NCBI GenBank assembly: GCA_965242525.1
Contig: OZ251459.1
Span: 2,624,001 to 2,688,000, forward strand
Direction of reading: 5' to 3'
DNA: 64,000 bases
DNA from: an uncultured Candidatus Binatia bacterium
Lineage (GTDB): Bacteria > Desulfobacterota > Binatia > UBA9968 > JAJDTQ01
Made by a program: the position numbers and the translations under genes. Below are positions 8,700-18,016 of the stretch, piece by piece; positions within the stretch are counted from its first letter, which is position 1, and each line of letters begins with the position of its first letter. The notes below the pieces were generated by a model. It saw only the letters and a program-made list of their open reading frames with translations, made no database searches and was not told the DNA's origin.

Positions 8700-9947
8700 A
8701 TGTCCAACTGGTGGATCGTCTTTGCCGGCGCCCTCGCACACGCGGTGAGCACTGGCTTGGCCTACTTCGGCCTGAGCGCCTACTTCCCGTCCTTCGAGCG
8801 GGAGTTTGGCTGGAGCCGGACCGCCATCTCCGGCGCGTTCTCCCTGGCCCGGGTGGAGTCGGGCCTCCTGGGGCCGGCCGAGGGGTACATGACGAACCGG
8901 CTCGGGCCGAAACGGGTCATGTACGTGGGCATCGTCATCTGCGCCCTGGGATTCGTGGGCCTGAGCGCGGTGACCTCGCTGCCCATGCTCTACGCCAGCA
9001 TCGTGCTGGGCATCGTGCTGGGTTCCAGCATCGGGTTCTACATCCCCATCAGCGTGGTGGTGGCCACGCTCTTCCGCGCCCGCCGGAGCCTCGCCTTCGG
9101 CATATTCAGGATGGGGCCGGGCCTGTCCGGGGCGCTGGTGCCGGTGGTGGGCTCGATGATCGTCTGGTGGGGCTGGCGCACCGCGGCCCTGGCGTCGGCG
9201 TTGATCATCGTCGCCCTGGGCTGGCCCCTGGCCCGGTCCATCGGGGGAGCGTACGAACGGCATGAACGGGGCGAGGAGCCGCCCCCCGCCCGAACCGGCG
9301 CGGCTTCCCGCGGCTCCCGGGAGCGCGCCCCGGACCCGGAGTCCTCGCTGACCCTCCGGCAGGCGCTGCGCACCCGGTCGTTCTGGCTGCTCTCCGCGGT
9401 CATGGGGTTGCGGCAGATGGTCACCGAGGGGGTCTCGGTCCATTTCGTGATCCTCCTGGTGGACCGGGGCTGGGGCCAGAAGGCGGCCAGCAGCCTGCTC
9501 GGCGCCTCCACGCTCATGGGCGCCCCGGCGCGGCTCCTCTTCGGGTGGCTGGGGGACTTCCTGGACAAGCGGCGCCTGATGATGGGCCTGCTCCTGGCCC
9601 TGGGCGCGGCCGTCCTAGTCATGGGCGCCACCGACGACACCCGATGGTTCCTGTCCGCGGTGGTCGTGTATTCGCTGTGCTACGGCGGTCTCGCGTCGCT
9701 GCAGGAACCCATCCGCGCGGACTATTTCGGCATCCGCCACTTCGCCAGCATCCAGGGTTTCAGCCGGCTGTTCGTGACCGCAGGCAGCGTCATGGGCCCC
9801 ATCAGCGCAGGGTTCTTCTTCGACCGGACCGGCAGCTACACGGTGACCCTGACGGCCTTCTCCCTGGCCTCGTTCGCCTCCACCGCACTGATGTACTGGA
9901 CCACCGCCCCCGCCAGACCCGCCCCGGAGGAAGCGCGGGGGCGCTGA
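8700..9947 (+). CDS. MFS transporter (MCT/OFA-like)
   Basis: FEREFGWSRTAISGAFS, GWLGDFLDKRR, ADYFGIRHFASIQG. Confidence 0.9.
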   Translation: MSNWWIVFAGALAHAVSTGLAYFGLSAYFPSFEREFGWSRTAISGAFSLARVESGLLGPAEGYMTNRLGPKRVMYVGIVICALGFVGLSAVTSLPMLYASIVLGIVLGSSIGFYIPISVVVATLFRARRSLAFGIFRMGPGLSGALVPVVGSMIVWWGWRTAALASALIIVALGWPLARSIGGAYERHERGEEPPPARTGAASRGSRERAPDPESSLTLRQALRTRSFWLLSAVMGLRQMVTEGVSVHFVILLVDRGWGQKAASSLLGASTLMGAPARLLFGWLGDFLDKRRLMMGLLLALGAAVLVMGATDDTRWFLSAVVVYSLCYGGLASLQEPIRADYFGIRHFASIQGFSRLFVTAGSVMGPISAGFFFDRTGSYTVTLTAFSLASFASTALMYWTTAPARPAPEEARGR

Positions 9948-10038
9948 GGCGCGGCATCTCCGGGAAATGTCCCCGCGAACGCGGGCGGCTTCGTCGGAAC
10001 CGAGCGGAGGAAACTCTGAACAATCGGGAGGAAACTCT

Positions 10039-10374
10039 GGCTCTTCCGGCTTTTGTGCAGGTAAGGTAGAAGGGAAAGATGAGCGAAAGGGGAGGGAAAG
10101 GGGTCATGCCGTCATTGCTCCGCAGACGCCTGCCCCGTCATTCCCGCGAAAGCGGGAATCCAGTTTCATCGTTCTCATGCAGGGGGCCATGGGGTTGGGT
10201 CGGAAGGATGGAAGCACGGGGAGTTTTCACAAGGATGGATTCCCGCTTTCGCGGGAATGACGGGATGGGGCGTCCGCGCCGCCAAACCGAGGACGGCATG
10301 GTCGGAATGGGAGGGAAGCGGATTTCGTCGCGTGCGTGGGGAGTGTCTCAACCCATACGAATTCCTGAAGCGCC
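10039..10374. mobile_element. MITE family B (GGC[T/G]CTTC ends, internal GTCATTCCCGCGAAAGCGGGAATC palindromes) inserted into a family A TIR
   Basis: Ends GGCTCTTCCGG.. / ..CCTGAAGCGCC, flanked by GAAACTCT / GAAACTTT (8 bp, 1 mismatch); related inverted copy at 61664-61901. Confidence 0.65.
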
Positions 10375-10666
10375 GAAACTTTGAACAATCGAACCGTGGA
10401 TGAGTGGTATTCCCTCGCGTGACCTTCCTGTCCCCGTTCGTCCTGAGCGTAGCGAAGCGGCGTCGAAGGACGCTCTCATGCCCTCTGCCCGATTGTTCAG
10501 AGGTTCCTCTCGTCATTCCCGCGAAAGTTCCACTCTCGTCATTCCCGCGAAAGCGGGAATCCATAGAATCCGGAGTTTCCCGGAAGTTGCCACCGGGCAG
10601 GCTTCTAGTCTATATCCCACGGATACCGCGCCGGGCGGACCGGGCTCGGCCGGGTGAGGGACGGCG

Positions 10667-11191
10667 ATGAAGGCGCAAGGGTTCAGCGTTCCCGTAGAGG
10701 AACGGTACTTCGAGGACTACGTGTCCGGCTCGGTTCACGAGTTCGGCCCGGTGACCATGGAGGAGTCCGAGATCATCGAGTTCGGCAAGCGGTTCGTGCC
10801 GCAGCCCTACCACACGGATCCGGAGCTTGCGAAGAAGACCATCTACGGGGGCATCATCGCCAGCGGCTGGCACACCGCCGCGGCCATGATGCGCGTCTAT
10901 TCCGACAACTACCTGTCCAGGGTGGCGAACCTGGGTTCGCCCGGGGTGGACGAGCTCCGCTGGAACAAACCCGTGCGCGCGGGGGACCGCCTGGCCATCC
11001 GCGTAACGGTGCTGGAGACCCGGCGGTCCAGGTCCAGGCCCGAACGCGGCATCGTCGTGTCGTTGGTCGAGACCCTGAACCAGCACGGGGAAGTGGTGAT
11101 GAGCATGAAGATGACCAACTTCATGACCGCCCGGCAGGCGCCGCCCCGGGAGTCCGAGGGGGACTCGTCCGCGGCGCGGGGAAGCGAGTGA
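10667..11191 (+). CDS. MaoC-family dehydratase
   Basis: RYFEDY, PQPYHTDP, GIIASGWHT, ELRWNKPVRAGD. Confidence 0.9.
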   Translation: MKAQGFSVPVEERYFEDYVSGSVHEFGPVTMEESEIIEFGKRFVPQPYHTDPELAKKTIYGGIIASGWHTAAAMMRVYSDNYLSRVANLGSPGVDELRWNKPVRAGDRLAIRVTVLETRRSRSRPERGIVVSLVETLNQHGEVVMSMKMTNFMTARQAPPRESEGDSSAARGSE

Positions 11192-11198
11192 CGAGCAC

Positions 11199-12200
11199 GT
11201 GATCTACGACATCGAAATCAATTCCGCGGCCCACTACCCGGCCGCGGACGTGGTGGGTCTGGTGGAGCGGGCGGAGCAGGCCGGCTTCGGCGCGTTCTGG
11301 AAGGGCGAGTCCAACAGCACGGACCCCATGGTGCTGATCTCGGCCGCGGCCAGCCGCACCAGCGCCATCGGGCTGGGGACCGCCATCTACCACATGTTCG
11401 GACGCAGCCCCGTGGCCCTGGGGTTGCAGGCGGCGACCCTCCAGGACCTCTCCGGGGGGCGCGTGCTCCTGGGCCTGGGCGTGGCCAACAAGGCCATCGC
11501 GGCGTGGCACGGCGGGGTCTTCGACCGTCCGCTACGGCGCGCCCGGGAATACATGGACATCGTGCGCAAGGTGGTTGCGGGGGAGCGCGTGGAGTACGAG
11601 GGGGAGATCTACCGGACCGGCAAGCGTTTCCAGCTCTCGTGGAAGCCCAGGCACCCGGAGGTGCCCCTCTATCTGGCCGGCCTGGGCCCCCAGATGACCC
11701 GGCTGGCGGGAAGGATATCCGACGGCGTCTTCATCAACATGGCGACGCCGGACAAGATCCGCGAGATCGCGGCCCGGGCCCGGGCCGGGGCCGAGGCGGC
11801 CGGCCGGGACCCGGGCAGGTTGGAGATCATCGGCAAGGTGCGGGTCTCCCTCGCCCCGGACCGGGACACGGCCCGCTCGAAGCTGCGCCAGGCCCTGACG
11901 TTCTACAACATTGCGGACCATTACGGCGACATGCTGCGGGAGCAGGGCTTCGCCGCGGACGTGGACGCGGTCCAGGAAGCGTTCAAGAGCGGCGGCTTCA
12001 AGGCGGCCATGGCCCGTCTCACCGACGACTACATGGACCGGCTGCCGGTGGTCCCGGCCACCTCCGCGGCCGAGATCAAGGACCGGCTGGCGCCGTTCGT
12101 GGAGGCCGGGGTGACGCGGATGGTGGTGCCGTACGTTCCGGTGGGCGAACCCGCGGCCGAAGACGCCGCGCGGTTCATCGCCGCCTGGGGACGGGCGTAA
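11199..12200 (+). CDS. LLM-class flavin/F420-dependent oxidoreductase
   Basis: AEQAGF..W, TSAIGLGTAI, LSGGRVLLGLG, PLYLAGLGPQM..LAG..SDG. Confidence 0.9.
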   Translation: MIYDIEINSAAHYPAADVVGLVERAEQAGFGAFWKGESNSTDPMVLISAAASRTSAIGLGTAIYHMFGRSPVALGLQAATLQDLSGGRVLLGLGVANKAIAAWHGGVFDRPLRRAREYMDIVRKVVAGERVEYEGEIYRTGKRFQLSWKPRHPEVPLYLAGLGPQMTRLAGRISDGVFINMATPDKIREIAARARAGAEAAGRDPGRLEIIGKVRVSLAPDRDTARSKLRQALTFYNIADHYGDMLREQGFAADVDAVQEAFKSGGFKAAMARLTDDYMDRLPVVPATSAAEIKDRLAPFVEAGVTRMVVPYVPVGEPAAEDAARFIAAWGRA

Positions 12201-12359
12201 GGGAAACGCCGGGCAACGACCTCCGTTCGTCCTTCGACTTCGCTTCGCTACGCTCAGGACGAACGAGGGCAATCGTTCAGTGTTCGTTCAATGTTTCCCT
12301 GATGTATGGGGCAAGGGCGCGCTGCCGGCGCGCGAGGGAAACGGAAAAGCGAGGAGACC

Positions 12360-13373
12360 ATGTGTGACTTTGCAGCGGACGCGGAAGCGGCGGGCATCCT
12401 GGTGGGGCGCACCCTGACCCTGGAGCGGGTGCGGCAGCTCAACGCCAAGGACTACTTCTACCAGATGCTCAAGGACAACCCCGAGATGCTCAAGATCTAC
12501 CCGGGCATCGAGGACTCGCTGCTGGAAGGCGCCATCGACTGCCACATCCACGCCTACCCGGACTTCGTGCACCGTTCCCAGGACATGATCCAGATCGCGG
12601 TGGAGGCGTCCCGCGCGGGCATGAGGGCGCTGGCCTTCAAGGACCACTGGAACGTGAGCGCCAACGCCTGCTACCTGGCCCAGCGCCACGTGGACCACCT
12701 GGTGGAAACGGGAGAACTGGAGCACCGGGTGGAGGTTTACGGCGGCGCCGGCACCTGCCACGGCATGAACCCCGAGTACATCCGCATCGCCTTGCAGTAC
12801 CCCAACGCCAAGATGATCTGGTTCCCCACGTTCACATCCCTGGGCTTCTGGCGCAGCGCCGGCCATCCCGAGAAAGGCGGGGTGCGCTTGGTGAGCGAAG
12901 AGGGGGAGGTGCTCCCGGAGGTGGTGGAGGTCATGAAGATGGCGGTGGAGAAGAAGGTGGGCATCGGCTTCGGCCACACCGACTTCCAGGAACTGCTGCC
13001 CCTGGCCAGGAAGGCCGGGGAACTCGGCGTGCGCGCCACTCTGGACCACCCGCTGCTGGAGCTCAACAAGCTGCTGCTGGACGAGATGAAGGAGCTGGCG
13101 GACCTGGGCGTGTTCGTGGGCACCTACTGCCAACCCATGATACCGAGCCTCTACCAGCCCATAGCCGACCCCATGGAGACCGTCCGCACCATCGCCGAGA
13201 TCGGCCCCGAGCGCTGCATCATCGGCAGCGACTTCGGCCAGGTGCTGCACCTGAACGCCATCGACGGCATGCGCGTCTTCATCCGCGCCCTGCTGGGCTT
13301 CGGCATCACCGAGGACCAGATCGCCGTCATGCTCAAGGACAACCCCGCCAAACTCATGTGGCTGGACGACTGA
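12360..13373 (+). CDS. Amidohydrolase-superfamily metalloprotein (DUF6282-like)
   Basis: AIDCHIH, KDH, WFPT, GFGH, DHP, GSDFGQ motifs; GAGGAG RBS. Confidence 0.75.
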   Translation: MCDFAADAEAAGILVGRTLTLERVRQLNAKDYFYQMLKDNPEMLKIYPGIEDSLLEGAIDCHIHAYPDFVHRSQDMIQIAVEASRAGMRALAFKDHWNVSANACYLAQRHVDHLVETGELEHRVEVYGGAGTCHGMNPEYIRIALQYPNAKMIWFPTFTSLGFWRSAGHPEKGGVRLVSEEGEVLPEVVEVMKMAVEKKVGIGFGHTDFQELLPLARKAGELGVRATLDHPLLELNKLLLDEMKELADLGVFVGTYCQPMIPSLYQPIADPMETVRTIAEIGPERCIIGSDFGQVLHLNAIDGMRVFIRALLGFGITEDQIAVMLKDNPAKLMWLDD

Positions 13374-13548
13374 GGGCGGGCAGGGAACGAGGCCGCCGCG
13401 GTTGCGGCCACGGTCCGCGGCAAGTGGCGTCCCTGCCGTGAGAACACCGACTGGCAGCAAGGGACCGGGGGGATTTCGGAGTTGATGGGACCGGCCGACT
13501 CCCATATACTGAAGGCATGGCGATGAGCCGGAAACCGGCGGTGAACGC

Positions 13549-14250
13549 ATGAAGGTCCTCCAGGTTCGTCTTCACGACGCGACGATCAACGTCAGCTTCA
13601 AGCTGGGCCGGTTCATTGCGGATTGGCCGTCGGCGCAGTCGAAGTTCATCACCGGAATCGCCGACGGGTTCCGTGACTGGCTTCCGATCGGCCCGCGGAA
13701 CTTCAGTGTGAACCCGGCCTTTGCGCTGGAAGACCTGCGGTGCAGATGCCATCTCTTCGGGGGCGCATGCAGCATCGTCCTGGCGCCGGAGGCGTTGCAT
13801 CTCGATTTCGAAAACGTGAAACAGGGAGACGGCCCCATCGTCCAGGAGACGGTTCGCAGGGCATCGGGATGGCTTGCCGACGCTCTGGGAGACCACGGCC
13901 GGGACTCGCTGTCGTTCCAGACAACTGCGCACCTGGAGGCGCTGGAAGCGGACGCCGCGGATGCTTACCTCGCTCAGTTCATGCCGGCGGAAGCCGACGA
14001 GTTGATGAGGTCGGAACCGAACGTGAAGTGCCTGCCTTCCAGCCGCATCCTGTTGTCGGGAGAGACGGAAGGATGGGTGTTGCGGCGGGTGTTCGAGAAA
14101 TCGCTGTCGGCCGACAACGCCGTGTTCGTGCATACATCGGTTTACATGCAGTCGTTGGATCCCGTGGGATTCGACGATCAGATACGGCTCCTTGGCCGCG
14201 TCGAGAAGCTGGCGGACCGGGCGGTCGGGCTCGATTGCGAGGACAAGTGA
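13549..14250 (+). CDS. Hypothetical protein (gene 1 of coupled 3-gene cassette)
   Basis: 233-aa ORF; its stop overlaps the next start (TGATG). Confidence 0.7.
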   Translation: MKVLQVRLHDATINVSFKLGRFIADWPSAQSKFITGIADGFRDWLPIGPRNFSVNPAFALEDLRCRCHLFGGACSIVLAPEALHLDFENVKQGDGPIVQETVRRASGWLADALGDHGRDSLSFQTTAHLEALEADAADAYLAQFMPAEADELMRSEPNVKCLPSSRILLSGETEGWVLRRVFEKSLSADNAVFVHTSVYMQSLDPVGFDDQIRLLGRVEKLADRAVGLDCEDK

Positions 14251-14963
14251 TGACTACGATACAGTACGGGAAGGTCTCGGCATACGACGTCCATGAGCGT
14301 CCGCGGATTGGGCCGGAAGACGTTGCGCGGTTTCTGGCGGAAAGCGGCGCGGGATACGAAGTTCCCAGCGTCGAACCAGGCCTCCGAGCCTTCGGGAGCG
14401 GTCGGAATGCGCCTCCGTCGCGCTTCGCTTTGGTGACGCCGTGGAAATGGGCGCTGTCGGGTGATCCGAACGCGACGTCATCAGGTGAGGCGCGCGCGTT
14501 CGACGCGTACGGGCGGTTCCACCTGCCGGAATCGCGCTGGCTCGCGGACGCCCTGGCGGAGCTGGCGGAGGTCGACGACGAGATCGCGGAGGATGATCTT
14601 CCCCAAGTCGGTGATACCACGAAGGCGGAAGCGGAAAGGCTCGTCAGGGCCTTGGCGTGGACTCCGCTGGCGCCTTCCGTCTACCCCACGCAGGATGCCG
14701 AGATCGCCCTGCATTTCAAGTCGCCCGGCGTGTCGGGCACCGTCGTCATCCTGTTGAGCGATGGCGGGCGGGCGGACTGCCATGCGTACGTCGACGGCAG
14801 GAGCCGGCGCGCCCACTATCAGACTTCCTCGGACCTTCCTGATGCATTCGTCCTGGATCAACTGCGACGCCTGACGCCGGATGGAAATGCCTTTTCGGGG
14901 GCGGTCGCAAGAGTCCTCCCGTTCCCGACGGCGTTTCAGACGAACCTGCTGTCGAAGTGGTGA
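14250..14963 (+). CDS. Hypothetical protein (gene 2 of cassette)
   Basis: ATG overlaps the upstream stop; C-terminal half has an acidic helix then P.VYPTQDAEIALHF. Confidence 0.65.
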   Translation: MTTIQYGKVSAYDVHERPRIGPEDVARFLAESGAGYEVPSVEPGLRAFGSGRNAPPSRFALVTPWKWALSGDPNATSSGEARAFDAYGRFHLPESRWLADALAELAEVDDEIAEDDLPQVGDTTKAEAERLVRALAWTPLAPSVYPTQDAEIALHFKSPGVSGTVVILLSDGGRADCHAYVDGRSRRAHYQTSSDLPDAFVLDQLRRLTPDGNAFSGAVARVLPFPTAFQTNLLSKW

Positions 14964-15418
14964 ACACAGGAGCGCGATCGACCCAAGCGCCGTCGGCGGA
15001 GCTGGATGCGAACGAAGATCTGGGCCGAGCCGTGTTCTCGCGGCGGAGGCGCGACCGTGCGCGCAAAGTCGGCCGCATCCACATGGATGTCTTCCTGGAA
15101 CGCGAACAAGCCGAGTCGATCTCGGTCGACCGGATGGACCATGCGCCGATCGATGAATTGGCCGAGTGGTCCCGGGAGCAGGCGCGGAACCGGGAGCCTT
15201 CCCGGCAGTTCTACGGCTGGGCAATCCTGAAGGTCCAGGATGCCGAGAAGAGCGGGAGAACCGTCGAGGCAACCCCTACACCGCAGAACAGATGCCACGC
15301 GGACATCTTTCTGAACGTCACAGGGGAGGAGAGAAGGCGCCGGCAGAGGGACCACGCCGTTGAACTGGCGGACAAGTCCTGGTGGCTGGAGGCTCCCGCG
15401 GTTCCGGATTCCGGGTGA
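14960..15418 (+). CDS. Hypothetical protein, possible ADP-ribosyltransferase-like fold (gene 3 of cassette)
   Basis: GTGA overlap; LGRAVF...SISVDR...N..HADI pattern. Confidence 0.55.
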   Translation: MNTGARSTQAPSAELDANEDLGRAVFSRRRRDRARKVGRIHMDVFLEREQAESISVDRMDHAPIDELAEWSREQARNREPSRQFYGWAILKVQDAEKSGRTVEATPTPQNRCHADIFLNVTGEERRRRQRDHAVELADKSWWLEAPAVPDSG

Positions 15419-15473
15419 CGGGACCCGCCGGACGCTTCGCCTTCGTCGAAGCCCGCTCCGGCAGGAAGCGCCG

Positions 15474-16115
15474 ATGCTGCGTCTCTACGACAACCGCCTG
15501 TCCGGCAACGGCTACAAGCCGCGGCTGTTGCTCGCCCACTTGGGCCAGACTTACGAGCGGGTCGAGGTGGATATCCTGAAGGGCGAGACGCGGACCCCGG
15601 CTTTCCTCGCCATGAACCCCAACGGGCGCATTCCCCTGCTCGTGCTCGAAGACGGCGCGTACCTCGCCGAGTCCAACGCCATACTGTGCTACCTTGCCGA
15701 GGGGTCCCGTTTCTGGCCCGACGACCGGATGGCGCGAGCGCTCACTTTGCAATGGATGTTCTTCGAGCAGTACAGCCACGAACCCAACATCGCGGTTGCC
15801 CGCCACTGGCTTCAACACGTTGCAATGACCGAGGCGCAACGCGCCCAACTCCCCGCCCGGCAGGAGGGCGGCCGCGCCGCGCTCGCGGTCATGGAGCGCC
15901 ATCTCGCCAGTTCCCCCTGGTTCGGCGGGGAAGCCATGACCATCGCAGACATGGCGCTCTACGCCTACACCCACGTCGCAGACGAAGGAGGCTTCGATCT
16001 GGCGGACTATCCGGCCGTCTCGGCGTGGCTTGCGCGGGTGGCCGCCGAACCCCGCCACATCCCCATGAACCCGGCGCCGGAGGGCATCGTCACCCCGGCG
16101 CCGAAGGCGGATTGA
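15474..16115 (+). CDS. Glutathione S-transferase
   Basis: SGNGYK, NPNGRIP.L, LAESNAILCYLAEG, TIADMALYAYTH. Confidence 0.93.
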   Translation: MLRLYDNRLSGNGYKPRLLLAHLGQTYERVEVDILKGETRTPAFLAMNPNGRIPLLVLEDGAYLAESNAILCYLAEGSRFWPDDRMARALTLQWMFFEQYSHEPNIAVARHWLQHVAMTEAQRAQLPARQEGGRAALAVMERHLASSPWFGGEAMTIADMALYAYTHVADEGGFDLADYPAVSAWLARVAAEPRHIPMNPAPEGIVTPAPKAD

Positions 16116-16287
16116 AAACCGGGGAGCTTCGGGGTTTCAGGCGGCTGACCAACGACCCGCCGCAATTGGGACAGGCGGCGTCCATCGAAGCCGTGCAGTT
16201 CGGGCAGAAGGTGCACTCGTGGGAACAGATGAACGCCTCCGACACTTGCGTCAGCGGCGCGCGGCATCTCTCGCACTCGGTTTTCAT
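16090..16287 (-). CDS. DUF1272-family Cys-rich protein
   Basis: CERC...AFICSHECTFCPNC...CPNCGGSLV.R. Confidence 0.85.
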   Translation of the reverse strand: MKTECERCRAPLTQVSEAFICSHECTFCPNCTASMDAACPNCGGSLVSRLKPRSSPVFNPPSAPG

Positions 16288-16606
16288 TTCAGCGCCATGT
16301 CCGTGCTCCTCTCCCGGTGGCCGGGGGATTTTCCGGTAGCCATGGTCGGAGGCCCCCTTTCAATCTGTCTTGGTTGGATCGCACCTGATCTCCAGTTCAG
16401 GAAAGGCGCTTCGCAGAGATGCCGCGGCCTCAGCAGTCTCGTCGCCCCATTGATTACTTATCGCGTAGGTTTATTGGAGTCACTCCAACTCTTTGAAATT
16501 ATTAAGGTTTCTTCTACATCGGGCGTTCCCGAAAGTCAGGGGCGAAAGGTGGGAAAATCGGGTCCCTGGGGACGGTTCCGGGCGCCGTCTTCAGGGTCAG
16601 CCCGGA

Positions 16607-17833
16607 CTAGGGGTCAGGGGTTACTCCGAATACACCTTGCATGTCTTTGCTCCTATCTCCATATCCTATGTATTCAAATGCATCTTCGTTATCAGGATCC
16701 TGCTTCCTTATATGTAGTCGCCTGAAATAACCCGCAATCTCCGCCCTCCCGGCAGGGTTCCCTTCATAAGGTGTAAAGTCAATCGCATAGTAATAGGGAG
16801 CCTCCGCGTCGCCAACGAGTCCGACCTGGTTGTCTGAATCAGCATAAACCTTTTGCGAACCACTCCAATCGTTTAGATTGGAAATAAGCCTTATGGGCGG
16901 AAAATTTATTTGGCCATGTCCTGTTGAGAAGTCCAGGGATAAGGTTGCAGTAGGGTCATCAACATCGTCGATTGCCCTTCCGTAGTAATTGGTCAGGCTA
17001 AGGTTCAATGTGGCAGTTGCCCAGTTGCCCTTCGAGTCAACGGCCTGTCCGCTATATGCTGCGGACAATGCAAACGGCGAGGAGGGGCCAATGGTATGGG
17101 AAGTGTCGCCGAAGTCCCCGAAATCCTCATCGAGCATCACATCGCCCATTCTACCGAAATGGACAATGCCCTGATCCTCTGTGGACTCTACAATGAAGAT
17201 GGCGTTGTCCGTCCAACCACCCCAAAAATTCGACGGATAGGAAGTGGCGCTGGAAACGGGCTTGGGCGGCGGCACAGGGGATCTTAGTGTTGCAGTTCCC
17301 GAAAACCGCTGTCTGGCATAGTCATAGTCTGCGTCCTCGAGAATCTCATCAATCCGAGATGGGCGCACCAGGTCTTCCATATAGGGGTTCCATTTACCGC
17401 CTTCATGCCCGACCGTCCCGAGAGAACCAAAGCTGACAGGAGTATAAGTTACCGAGTCTATAGAGAGTCGGTTGTTGAACGAGTTGCTATCATACAAAGC
17501 ATCAATCCTGTCCAGCAATAGCCCCCTGACTTCCGCTGCACCGCCGCCTCCGCTAGGCTCACCGCTGCCGCTTCCAACAGGCTGACCGACTTCGTCCATA
17601 GACGCGGTTTTGCTCCCGCCTCCGCACCCGGCCAGCATCAACACTACCGCCAACGCCAGGACAATCCCCACCGGACGCCGACCGGCACCCTGCGGCCACG
17701 GATAGTAGGGATCTACCGCATCCACCAGCTTCTGCCACGGGATCATTGCGTTCATCTCCTCCAGAAACTTCCCCTTCCGCGTCTGCTTGCCGTACTCCTC
17801 GAAATTCGCCGCGCCAAACGTCTGCTGTTTCAT
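16607..17833 (-). CDS. Chimeric ORF: IS5 transposase N-terminal fragment fused to a surface lipoprotein (TbpB-like C-terminus)
   Basis: MKQQTFG...TRKGKFLEEMNAMIPWQKL..YYP...GRRPVGI joined in frame to VLALAVVLMLAGCGGGS; AT-richer body; ends ..MQGVFGVTPDP. Confidence 0.7.
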   Translation of the reverse strand: MKQQTFGAANFEEYGKQTRKGKFLEEMNAMIPWQKLVDAVDPYYPWPQGAGRRPVGIVLALAVVLMLAGCGGGSKTASMDEVGQPVGSGSGEPSGGGGAAEVRGLLLDRIDALYDSNSFNNRLSIDSVTYTPVSFGSLGTVGHEGGKWNPYMEDLVRPSRIDEILEDADYDYARQRFSGTATLRSPVPPPKPVSSATSYPSNFWGGWTDNAIFIVESTEDQGIVHFGRMGDVMLDEDFGDFGDTSHTIGPSSPFALSAAYSGQAVDSKGNWATATLNLSLTNYYGRAIDDVDDPTATLSLDFSTGHGQINFPPIRLISNLNDWSGSQKVYADSDNQVGLVGDAEAPYYYAIDFTPYEGNPAGRAEIAGYFRRLHIRKQDPDNEDAFEYIGYGDRSKDMQGVFGVTPDP

Positions 17834-17933
17834 ACCCTCTGCCTCCACTTCCCTGTAACCCTCCCATCCTACCTCTTGCTTTCTCTTTTCGCTACCTTTA
17901 TCCTCCTGGAACAGGGAATAAATCAGAGGTTTC
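17663..17933 (-). mobile_element. IS5-family remnant (left end plus first ~57 transposase codons)
   Basis: IS5 transposase N-terminal motif; putative left end GAAACCTCTGATTTATTCC at 17933-17915. Confidence 0.75.
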
Positions 17934-18016
17934 GAAGTCCTTGAAAGAACATTGGCTATACGGCATTGTTTCAGGGGACTTTCCTTTGCCGTAGCCGGAA
18001 GCAGGAGACGACGTAC

